Assembly: GCA_964016885.1 (NCBI GenBank)
Contig: OZ024742.1
Coordinates: forward strand, 220,906,001 to 220,970,000
From: Eledone cirrhosa
Taxonomy: Eukaryota
Reading direction: 5' to 3'
Length of the DNA stretch: 64,000 nt
The position numbers were made by a program, and so were the translations under genes. Below the pieces are notes generated by a model. That model saw only the letters and a program-made list of their open reading frames with translations, did no database searches and had not been told where the DNA came from. The first letter of the stretch is position 1; each line of letters begins with the position of its first letter. Shown piece after piece: positions 34,754 through 45,900 of this stretch.

Positions 34754-36821
34754 AACTTGCTGCAGGCTACTGATGAAACTTGTGGCTGGACCAGAGCTCC
34801 AACCAGACAGAGAGTGACCTGATGGTGGAACAGCACAGCAGATAAGGCCATTAGAGACAAAAGACTAGCATGGAAGGCTTGGAAAAAGGGTTGGATTAGG
34901 GAAGAATATACAGCCGCTAAGAGAGAAGCCAGGCGTCAGGTGTACTTAGCACGCAGGGAGGCTGAGAGTAGGTTTGCCAATGTTCTGCGACGGGAAGATC
35001 AGAGGCGTGCGGTGTTCCACATTGCAAGGCAGTGTGTCAATGCAAATCAGGATGTTGTTGGAGATAAATGTGTCCGGGATGATGCCGGTATACTTAGTGT
35101 CATGAATGATCAGAAAAAGGAGGCCTGGAAATGTCATTATGAGAGACTGATGAATGTGGAGAACGAATGGGAGAGAGAGAAATTACCCTTAGTAGATCCG
35201 ACAGAGGGACCAGCTATTGAGATTGACGAATATAGGGTCCAAGAGGCGATTAAGGAAATGAAAAATGGTAAGGCTGCTGGACCATCGAGAATAGTTGCTG
35301 AGATGCTGAAGGCATCAGGGGATGTAGGCACTAAACTGGTTGCACGCATCATCAATCAGGCTATATATGGTGGTGTCATACCCAAAGACTGGTACAGCAG
35401 TATTCTCATAAATTGCTACAAAGGTAAAGGGGATGCTCTGGAGAGGAGCAATTATAGGGGTATAAAACTGATGGATCAGGTTATGAAAGTGGCAGAAAGG
35501 ATATTAACACAACTAATTAGAGAAAGGGTCAAACTAGATGAGATGCAGTTTGGTTTTGTGCCTGGGAAGAGTACAACAGCTGCCCTCTTCTTGGTGAGAC
35601 AATTGCAAGAGAGGTTCTTAGAGAAAAATAAGCCACTATACTTAGCCTTTGTTGACCTAGAGAAGGACTAAGGAAAGTAGGTGTTGATGAATGGCTTATG
35701 AGGACAGTGCAAACTTTGTACAGAGGTACTCTCAGTAAAGTCAGGGTAGGAATAGAGTTTAGTGAGGAATTCCAGATACAAGTAGGAGTGCATCAAGGTT
35801 CGGTCCTCAGCCCGCTCTTGTTCATTATAGTCCTCCAAGCCATAATAGAGGAGTTTAAGACTGGCTGTCCATGGGAACTTCTCTATGCTGACGATCTGGT
35901 TCTTATAGCAGAATCAGTAGAGGAGCTAGAGAATAAATTCTGGCTATGGAAACAGCAGTTGGAAGCAAGAGGACTGAGAGTGAACCTAGCTAAGACAAAA
36001 GTGTTGATGAATAGAAAAGAGGACAAAACTCTGATTCCATCAGGGAAATGGCCATGTTCGATATGCAGAAAAGGAACTGGCATAAATTCTATAAAATGCA
36101 TACAATGCAGATCCTGGGTACACAAGAGATGTAGCGGGATAGCAGGCAAACTAACAGGTAGGGAGAAATATGTATGCAGTAGATGTACAGGGAAATTAGA
36201 CAGTAGATGTCGCATTGATAGACACATTTTTCAAATGCAGGAGGGTGCTATAGAAGTAGTGGATAGCTTCCGCTACCTAGGAGATCAGATTAGCATGGGA
36301 GGGGGTGTTCTGAGGCCATAGTATCTAGAATAAGGACGGGTTGGAAGAAGTTTAGGGAACTGCTTTCTCTGCTGACGAAGAAAGGTTTCTGCCTGCGTAC
36401 GAAAAGCCGGTTATATGATGCCTGTGAGACATGGGCAGCAACTGCAGAGGATATGCGACGGCTGGAGAGAAATGAGGCAAGCATGCTCCGTTGGATGTGC
36501 GTGAACGACCCAGCATGAATGTGTTGAGAGAGAAACTGTGTCTGAGAGGGATAGAATGTAGTGTACGGGAGAGGAGACTGAGGTGGTATGGACATGTGAT
36601 GCGCATGGAGGATGACCGATGGGTGAAGAAGTGCCAGGAAATGCCAGTTGAAGGAAGACGTGGTAGAGGTAGACCACGAAAAACATGGGCGGAGGTGGTG
36701 AGAACAGACCACAGATCGTTGAAGCTCACGGTGGAGATGACAAAGGACCGTGACGAGTGGAGAGATGCTGTGCTGAATAAGACCCATCCCACCCTTGCGA
36801 GCAGGGAAGAGCGGACGTAAA

Positions 36822-36850
<29 letters not shown>
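34754..36850 (+). mobile_element. RTE-clade LINE, 5'-truncated, with (GAT)n tail
   Basis: GKAAGPS, NYRGIKLM, LAFVDLEK, GVHQGSVLSPLLF, LLYADDL, WPCSIC..CIQC..WVHKRC and RRLRWYGHV..GRPRKTW. Ends GGACGTAAAA(TGA)n at 36821-36850. Confidence 0.92.
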
Positions 36851-36852
<2 letters not shown>

Positions 36853-38349
36853 GATGGTAGTCACATATCAGCTGGTGTAATGAACATAGTACATCACAGC
36901 AATTAGTAGAAACATGATTTAACTGATATGTTATTGAATTAATCCTTTCATTATCGTTTTTTTTAAATGAAATGGACTGCCCGTGTTTTAATTGATTAAA
37001 AAAAAATTGGAGGAATTTAATAAAATAGCTCTTTCATTAGCTGATATTTAGAACATTACTTAAGAAAAAATTTCTAAAATAAAGTTATGATAAAAGGATA
37101 AACATTTAAAAATAAGTAGTGCTGTATCATAAATCCAGGGTGGTTTGGTATCAAAATTCTTTCCTAAGCCTGGAAAGAGATTACTTCCCAGTGTATTATC
37201 TCTTCAGACTAATAGAATTAATTACCCACTAATAATCACATACACAAGAAAGATTAATTCATCAATAAAGATTCTCCTCCTACTAACCTTTAGAAGTGAA
37301 GATAGATTTGATGTGGTTGTTACGCACTTCCCAAATCTTCATGTGATTGAGATAGTTATCATGAGAATTGAAACCTTGTCACTAACTTCCTTCACCACAT
37401 TGTTTCTCTGCATCCCTGTATCAGCAGTTTTAATTGATAAACCAATAAAAAACAACAAAAAAAACAACAATATTAAAAATTCCTTAGGTTGTTATAGCTG
37501 ACATCTCGCACAATGTTGTCAATCCAAGGCAGTAATTTTCAAACTGTGCACAACAAAAAAACTAAAATTCATTGGAAATTTCATATATAGCTGTCAAAGT
37601 GGCAAGTAGGTGAAGTTTAGTAATAAGATTTGTAAAAAATAGCTCAATCTGTCAAACAGCACAATCTTAATAGAATCAGAGTTTGTTTATGTGTTCAGTT
37701 TATTTTGGCTAATTATGTTAGATGTGTTATTGAATTTTGTGTTTTACATTTCATAAGAATGTCTACTACATTCTAAAGAGTCTAGATTGGAGGAGTTAAC
37801 CAGGGAGGAATGGGCCTGGAATCTTTTAATTCTGTTTTACTAATATGTATAAAAAAAGTCTTTCAAATGAATTTTTGAATTTATGGTACAAAGTGTGTCA
37901 GCAGATTTTTACTACTCTAGTGAAACAAATTCCTATAAGGAATAACTAGGAATATGTCAGTATTGAACTAAAAATCTAATCTAATAATTTCGTAAGTGCA
38001 AATCCATTAACTCTTAACATACTGTACCACATGAAACTGCATTAAGACATTCTTGAAAAGTACAAAACAGCACTATGACTTCTCATTAGAAATTTAAGTT
38101 TCTAATACTACAGATTTTCACAGTGAACAGTCTACTAGTAAAGATATTAACTTGGGAGTTAAGAAATCTGTTTTTTTAGATATTTTCTGCTAAATCAATA
38201 CAGGATTTTAAGAGTTAAATTAGCATTAGCGGGAAGAGTTTTTTTTTTAAATAACAAGAAGGTATATCATTGATTGTCTTTCATCCTTTCAGGGTTGATC
38301 CAAAGTTGACCCTTAAAGAATTTGAACTGCCAACAGAGTTGCTTGTCTC

Positions 38350-38745
38350 CCACCGAGGTTAACTTTGCCTTTCATCCTTACAGGGTCGATAAAAGTACCA
38401 GTAATGCACTGGGTAATTGCTTGCCTTGTGCCAAAAAGTAGAAACAATTATATATTAAGAGAGAGACTAAGCATAAGAAGTATCAAATGTTGTGTTCTGG
38501 AGAGGAGATTGCGTTGGTATGGACATGTGATGTTTATGAAGGATGACAACTGTATAAAAAAGTGCAGGACAATGAAAATTAATGGAAGCTATGGAGTGGG
38601 TAGACCAAGAAAAACCTGGGACGAGGTGATAAAAACTGACTTTGCTCAGACAATTTCACTGGATCAAGATCTTTGTCACCATGCAGTTGTGCAGAAGACC
38701 CGACTTCCATTGCATACAAACCTACAGTCAGTAGGCACCTCTTAA
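38350..38745 (+). mobile_element. SINE 3' half fused to an RTE 3' fragment
   Basis: SINE core and tail at 38352-38450, then ERRLRWYGHV..GRPRKTW homologous to 15189-15460. Confidence 0.8.
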
Positions 38746-38859
38746 CCCAATGTACACCCCACCACCACTCCCTACCCCATCCTCCCTTTCACGTTCCGTC
38801 CACTGTGTCGATAACACAACAGTCCACACTGTAAGGTGGCCGTGTAGAAGACATGGTAA

Positions 38860-39050
38860 AAAGGCTCCCAGTCCACACTGTATGTGTGGTTGGTGTTAGG
38901 AAGGACATCCAGCTGTAAAAAAACCTGCCAGAGACACTTCCGTGCGAGGGAGACACGGTCTCCCGACCATTCCAGCAACAAATGGAACAAAACCGTGTAA
39001 CCCATGCTAGCGTGGCAGATGGACGTTAAACGATGATGATGATGATGATG
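38860..39050 (+). mobile_element. RTE-dependent short element (3' part) with (GAT)n tail
   Basis: GGAAGGACATCCAGCTGTAAAA...GGACGTTAAAC(GAT)n. The terminal GGACGT(T)AAA plus GAT repeats matches the RTE end at 36813-36850. Confidence 0.65.
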
Positions 39051-39198
39051 TTGATATCAGGATGGATTCAGTATGAAACTAGTTAGACCAGTACTCAACA
39101 AGGTAGTCGATACTTGGGGTAGTAGTATGGTTATATTAAAAAGAGCTGGGACCAAACAGCTGAGTCTAGAACTAGCTGTTGAAATGGGTCCTGACTCT

Positions 39199-39202
<4 letters not shown>

Positions 39203-39265
<63 letters not shown>

Positions 39266-40046
39266 GTAAGTATGTATGTATACGTACATACATATATGTA
39301 TACAGACGTACAGTAGCATGTATATATATACATACAGGCACACATATATATATGCACGTATCAGTTTACCGAACATTTATTATAATGCTCGGTTTGTTCG
39401 TTTGTAAACAAACAAACAGCCTGAATTACGCCGTACAGTGTTTATATATATGATACGTGCATATATATGTGTGTGCCTGTATGTATATATATACATGCTA
39501 CTGTACGTCTGTATACATATATGTATGTACGTATACATACATACTTACATTTAAGTAAGTGCCGTACTAAGAGTGAGAAATGAAATTTCGTTTCATTCTA
39601 TTCCATTTATCGTTTTCGGTGCGCCTGGCCGACTGAACTCACTCGATATGCAAATTAGGCTGCTCAGCCGTTAATTTTCATAAGGAAAGTATATACTTTC
39701 GGACGTTCAACCATCTGGCAGAAAGGTATACGGTGCTGACGATAGCTAATAAGCTTGAAACTAGTACATCGTTCCTGTGTCAGTGTTGAACAAAAAGGTG
39801 ACGTGGTTGCCTAAACACTGTACGGCGTAATTCAGGCTGTTTGTTTGTTTACAAACGAACAAACCGAGCATTATAATAAATGTTCGGTAAACTGATACGT
39901 GCATATATATATGTGTGCCTGTATGTATATATATACATGCTACTGTACGTCTGTAGACATATATGTATGTACGTATACATACATACTTACATTTAAGTAA
40001 GTGCCGTACTAAGAGTGAGAAATGAAATTTCGTTTCATTCTATTCC

Positions 40047-40097
<51 letters not shown>
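39203..40097. mobile_element. H1 subfamily b: inverted partial unit (39262-39445) plus 1.4 direct units (39450-40050), bounded by (TA)n
   Basis: Diverged version of the 31395 unit. 39262-39445 is the reverse complement of about 39815-39995. (TA)n at 39203-39262 and 40050-40097. Confidence 0.75.
39705..39791 (+). ncRNA. Type I hammerhead ribozyme (H1b), intact core
   Basis: CGGTG-CTGACGA(39736-42)-TAGCTAATAAGCTT-GAAA-CTA-GTA|CATCG. Stem I is CGGUG/CAUCG, extended by CUGGCA/UGUCAG and GUUCAAC/GUUGAAC. Predicted cleavage after 39766. Confidence 0.85.
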
Positions 40098-40100
<3 letters not shown>

Positions 40101-40838
40101 GAATAATCGAGTATCGAAAAATCAGCTCACGAATTTACGATAAACAAAATCCGACATGAGTGGCAGAGGGCTCAATAATTCAGATAAATCAGAGCTATAA
40201 CTATCGTTAAGATACCAACACACAAAGATTATGCCTAAAAACACCCGTGCAGCCGAAAAATTACAACCAAGAAGATTCGGGTCACTCAGATAAAATATCA
40301 ATAAATCAATAAATCATATGAATGTAAAAAGCTTACCCGGACCCACTAGAAAGGTGGTAAATCTAGCTTCTTGGGTTTCTGCTATTCCTTAATCCATCCC
40401 TATCAGCCCACATAAAAATATATAAGACTTCTAGGGAGCAGAGGGACCGGAATAACTTCATCAACGGGCCATTGTCCGACGAATGAAGAAATTAACTATA
40501 GCTAAACGCACATGGAGTCTAGCAAGGGAGATAACCTCTATATTCGCGAAAGATAATCGAGAATGTGTAATACACATATCGAATAAGAGTGCTCGATAAA
40601 CATGTTAAAATAAACAGGAGCTATTCATCATTCAATAAAATCGACAAAAAATAAACAATAAAATTAACTGGTCAATAGCTATGTCTAGAGCTAAATATAA
40701 TAAAATAATCGAGTATCGAAAAATCAGCTCACGAATTTACGATAAACAAAATCCGACATGAGTGGCAGAGGGCTCAATAATTCAGATAAATCAGAGCTAT
40801 AACTTTCGTTAAGATACCAACACACAAAGATTATGCCT
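40098..40838 (-). mobile_element. About 600-bp repeat (family H2) with a 140-bp terminal direct repeat; Penelope pLTR or retrozyme-like
   Basis: 40098-40236 is repeated at about 40700-40838; abuts (TA)n and contains a hammerhead fold. Confidence 0.65.
40335..40470 (-). ncRNA. Type I hammerhead ribozyme (H2) with long stems II and III and a U3 core variant
   Basis: Minus strand: GCCCG-UUGAUGA-A-GUUAUUCC..(about 60 nt)..GGAAUAGC-A-GAA-ACCCA..CUAGA..UCUAG-UGGGU-C|CGGGU. All three stems pair around a GUC cleavage triplet. Confidence 0.75.
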
Positions 40839-40841
40839 CAA

Positions 40842-40921
40842 ACTGACAAAGGAACGCTGTACTAGTTTCAAGCTTATTAGCTATCGTCAGCAACGTATAC
40901 CTTCCTGCCAGATTGTTGAAC
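40842..40921 (-). ncRNA. Type I hammerhead ribozyme (H1), intact core
   Basis: Minus strand: GGAAGGTATA-CGTTG-CTGACGA-TAGCTAATAAGCTT-GAAA-CTAGTA|CAGCG-TTCC. Confidence 0.85.
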
Positions 40922-41255
40922 GTATATACTTACCTTATGCATATTAACGGCTGAGTAGCCCAATTTGCATATCGAGTGGGTTAATCGGCCGGGTGCACCG
41001 AAAACGATAAACGGAAAAGAATGAAACGAAATTTCATTTCCCACTCTTAATACAGCTGTTACTTAAATATAAGTATGTACACGTACATACATATATGTAT
41101 ACAGACGTACAGTAATATGTATATATATATACATACATGCACACATATATATATGTACGTATGGATTCAGCGAACATTTATTATAATACTCGGTGTGTTT
41201 GTAAACAAACATCCCGTATTAAGCCGTAGTGTCCAGCAACCATCGTTGCTCGTTT

Positions 41256-41342
41256 GTTCAACACTGACAAAGGAACGCTGTACCAGTTTCAAGCTTATTA
41301 GCTATCGTCAGCAACGTATACCTTCCTGCCAGATTGTTGAAC
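41256..41342 (-). ncRNA. Type I hammerhead ribozyme (H1), intact core
   Basis: Same as 40842-40921 except GAAACTGGTA in the minimal stem III. Confidence 0.82.
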
Positions 41343-41536
41343 GTATATACTTACCTTATGCATATTAACGGCTGAGTAGCCCAATTTGCATATCGAGTGG
41401 GTTAATGAGTCGGGTGCACCGAAAACGATAAACGGAGAAAAATGAAACGAAATTTCATTTCCCATTCTTAATACGGCTGTTACTTAAATATAAGTATGTA
41501 CACGTACATACATATATGTATACAGACGTACAGTAG

Positions 41537-41614
<78 letters not shown>

Positions 41615-41730
41615 CATGCACACATATATATATGTACGTATGGATTCACCGAACATTTATTATAATGCTCGGTGTATTTGTAAACAAACATCCCGGATAT
41701 GCAAATTGGGCTACTCAGCCGTTAATATAC

Positions 41731-41817
41731 GTTCTACAATCTGGCAGGAAGGTATACATTGTTGACGATAGCTAATAAGCTTGAAACTAGTACAGTGTTC
41801 CTTTGTCAATGTTGAAC
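41731..41817 (+). ncRNA. Type I hammerhead ribozyme (H1) with UUGACGA core variant
   Basis: CATTG-TTGACGA-TAGCTAATAAGCTT-GAAA-CTAGTA|CAGTG; stem I still pairs fully. Confidence 0.7.
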
Positions 41818-41986
41818 AAACGAGCAACGATGGTTGCTGGACACTACGGCTTAATACAAACACACCGAGCATTATAATAAATGTTCAGTTAATCCATACG
41901 TACATATATATATGTGTGCATATATGTATATATATATATACATACTACTGTACGTCTGTATACATATATGTATGTACGTGTACATA

Positions 41987-41988
<2 letters not shown>

Positions 41989-42048
<60 letters not shown>

Positions 42049-42190
42049 AGTCTGTGGAGACTACTAATCACAGGAGTACTCAATGCAGATTTAATATAGA
42101 GATATATAAAATCCAACTGGCGCACCAAGCGGTTTCAACTTATCACAAGCAGAAACTGCTTGGCACTGCAGTCGGGATTTTACATCTCTT

Positions 42191-42265
<75 letters not shown>
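41989..42265. repeat. (TA)n and (CT)n(TA)n microsatellites flanking a short hairpin-forming insert
   Basis: (TA)n at about 41989-42042; (CT)n then (TA)n at about 42185-42265. Confidence 0.9.
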
Positions 42266-42268
<3 letters not shown>

Positions 42269-42979
42269 AACTGCCACTTCTTTACAGAAGAGGGCCATCT
42301 CTTTAAGGTTAATAACGCAGCGATGTTAGGATAAGTCTTGAGCTGCCCACGTGTAGATTTGTGACAATGTGCTTCTAACTGGTTGTGTCTACATATGTTG
42401 CCACTCAATCACCGTGGGACTTGTGAAGAAACATCTGCACATAAAGATGCCAATGTTGCGTTTTTGTGCTACACACAGAGCACTCACTCCATCTCCACAG
42501 CTATGTGTCCAGTGAGAATCCAAGGCAAGATAACAGGATAGTTACGAGGATCACATATGATACTGTCATGGAGTTTAACCTCTCCAGGGGATGTAACCGT
42601 ACTCACCACACTTAGCCAATTGCAGATTGCTGATGATATTTAACCCACAGTTGAGGTGGATGGCCGATGTATGAGGAGTTCATCCGCCCTTTGACAGCTT
42701 GTTTTTGTGCTGCTGGGTTTCCACTTTACCTGGTAGGGGAGCCGGTTTAATCACCGACCATATATTTATTACACGCACACACCCCATACACATAAATTTG
42801 TTGCAATTTGGTGAAAAACTGGAATATTACCTATCCTGTCCATAAAACAATTGGTTATATATGAGGAGGAATAATAATTGTTTCTGCTTTTGGCACAAGG
42901 CCAGCAATGTGAAGGGAAGGGGAAAGTTGATTAATAATAATAATCATAACAAATTACATTGTTTTAAATAGTTTAATAA

Positions 42980-45900
42980 TGCTTTCTTTATTAACTACAA
43001 GGGTTGACTCAAAGTATAACATTAAGGACCACACAGGACAATACAAATGGGAATTTCTGCGTGTAAAAAAAAAAAGGAAACAATGTAAAATTGCCAATAG
43101 GGAGGAGACCTCCGAGGGTTGCTCTGATTTTCCTTTTCAAATGAAATTTGAAAAAGTTAATGAGGGCGTTACCGAACAGGAAAGTACCGGTCTTCAACCC
43201 TTTCAAACGTGTCCACCATACAATCTCTTTTACCATGGCCACCAGGCAGATAAAAACTGCCTGCCCTTCTCGGCTAAAGGAAAGCGGCGGGGCAATCTTC
43301 ACGAAGGACTAAGCTGATAGCCGGATCCGTTCTACACGTGACAGCAGGTGTTCAGCATAAACCCACAAATCAGCAATGCTCGGACACTGGACGAGTGCGT
43401 GCAGGACTGTTTCATCGCCCTGTGCGTCATCGCCCTGTGCGTATCTCAGACAGGCTCGACTGACGGCACTTCCATGCCTGTAGAGTCTATCCCTAACTGG
43501 CAAGGCTCCTCGGTAACACTGCCAGGCCAGGGATTTCTGGAAGTTGTCCATGGGCCCTGGCCCGAAAGTTCTCCCGAAGAGATTGGCTAGTTGGTTTTCG
43601 TCGACGCCTAGAGTCTCCCCAAGGACGTTGTTGCTCTTTCCTTCCACTAATCCTCTATAGAAAACCAAGGTGGAGTTTCCAGCAATTGATTGCTCGACTG
43701 GTCGAGGGCTGTAAGTGCCTGAAGACATTCTAGTCTCCAAGCGCTTCTTCTCGGTCTTCCTTGACCCAGGACTTCAGCTCCACCAAGGAGACAAGCTGGG
43801 GAAACACGTGTCTTGCAAAGGGCGACCACACCTGATCACCGTTGAGGAAGAGGTGGAGATACCGTAGCCTGAGCGCATGTCTGCGCATCATCAGCCACGG
43901 CATGCCCAGTCCTCCGCGTAGTGGGTGTTGACAGCAGATGGACCGTCTGACCATCGGAGCACATCCCTTCCACAAAAAGCGAAAGAGCAAACGCTCCAGC
44001 GCAGTCAGGCGAGGCTTAGGACAAGGCTCGACGGCCAGGCGGTAGTAGATGACGGATGTGATGTACGCGTTTCCCAACTCCGCTCAACCTTTCCGGGATA
44101 GCTTCCTCTCGGCCCATTTCTGGGTGAGAGAAAACACCTTGCTCGTGACCTCCTCCCAGTTTTTATCCGTCTGGAGGTCCGGACCGAACCAGACCCCTAG
44201 CAATTTAACCGGACCGTCCGTCCAGCGCCCGACAACGCTGGTGGGCAGCATGGACCTGCCTCTCCACGTGCCGAGTTGCAGGCCTACTAATTTTTCCTGG
44301 TTCATCATTGCTCCTGTCACTACCTCGTATTCTCTTAGTGTGGTGCCGATTGCCTCCATGTGCTTGGTGTTCGACACCACTACGGTGATGTCGTCTGCAT
44401 AAGCTGACACTGTTCTTCCACATCCTAGTTCACGGGGATCCCCCTCAACGTATCCAGTTTGTGCAGTGATGGCTCAACAGTCAATACATACAAGGACGAG
44501 AGAGGACATCCCTGGCAGACCGAGCGCATGATGTTGAACGGTTCCCAAAGGTGACCGTTCACTCTCACCACAGAGCAGATGTCACTGTGCATGGCAGCAA
44601 TCTAGCCTCTGAAGATAGGACCAAAGCCAGCTGCTCGTAGCACTGCTGCTAGATAACGATGGTCGACCCTATCGAAAGCTTTTGACTGATCTAAATTTAT
44701 CAAAGACCCACACATGCCAGGTTCCCTAGCTACCCTCTCTACGATATATCGCATGAGGTGGAGGTTGTCGTGGATGGATCTGTCTGGAATGGCGCATGTT
44801 TGCGCCTCTCTCACCAGACCACCAATGACAAGCGCCAACCTCTTTGCTAGCACCTTAGCCAAAATCTTGAAGTCTGTGTTTTTCTATGTTATCCCACTTG
44901 TTCGGATCCTTTCTCAGCAGCGCCACCGCTCCTCGGCTCACCGAGCTGGGAACTCTCCCGTTCTGCTGCCAGTTGCAGTAGACGTCTTCGAACAAGTCTG
45001 GCATATGTATGTAAAATTCGTAGGGCAGACCATCCAAACCAGGCGATTTACCCATTGTGCAGCAAGTCATTGCCTCCCGTACTTCAGCAGCGCTTATCGG
45101 CCTTTCGCAACACTCCGCCTCAGTGGCCGAGAGCCGCGGCACTCCATCAAGGTAGGCATTGAAGTCCATTCCTCGATGTGGTCTGCCACTGCCCCCAAAC
45201 AGCTCAGCAAAGTGCTGCTGAAAAGCCGCACATATCTGCCCGGGATAGAGTATCATGTGCCCGTCGTGGTTCGCCAAAGACCGGATCGTGGCTCTGTTGC
45301 CATGACGCGCCTCTGCCACCCGGGCCCATTGAACGGCTTTTGTCCCCTCGTGTCTGAGAGCACGCACCCTAGCTCTGACAATGCAGCCTTCATGCTTAGC
45401 GTTGAAAAATTGGTCGAGAGCCAATTTCGCCGCAAGCATATCGGTCACAATGCCTTTACTAAGCGCCTCGTCTAATTTCTCAACTAGATTTCCTTCTGCT
45501 CTATTTTTCTCTGTTACTAGCGTTTTACTAAACCTAATGGACTCTATTCTAATCGCTCTTTTCAGGGCAAACCATCATTTGTTGTTGACGATGGCCCCTG
45601 TCAACGCCTGCTTAACTAATTCGCTAATCCGGTCTCTGTAAGCTTTGTGCGCTGTTAACGACGCGTTTAGTTTCCAGTAGTCGGGTCCCTGTCTATGAAT
45701 CCTATCTAAGTCAACCTCACAGATCACAAATTTATGGTCCATGTAACCAACTATCTTGAATTGTGGACAGTCTATGCTATACCTATCTATTTCCCTACAA
45801 AATACACTATCTAGATATGATCTGAATGACCCGATGCGGTTTGTCCAAGTCCACATTGGCGCATTCGGGAAATCCAATCGTTACCTGTCTGACAGTTGAA

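Larger units (their letters stand above)
40840..41990. mobile_element. H1 array: two tandem minus-strand units (about 421-bp period) followed by an inverted plus-strand partial unit
   Basis: ACTGACAAAGGAACGCTG occurs at 40842 and 41263. Orientation switches at about 41695. An internal (TA)n is expanded at about 41540-41610. Confidence 0.78.

Noticed and set aside
37145-37501. 118-aa ORF in unique sequence as a host exon
   Set aside because: No recognisable motif, a non-ATG start and no convincing splice-site pair on either strand.
42290-42760. Possible further retroelement fragment
   Set aside because: It looks repeat-like, but no protein motif, terminus or second copy in the window supports a call.
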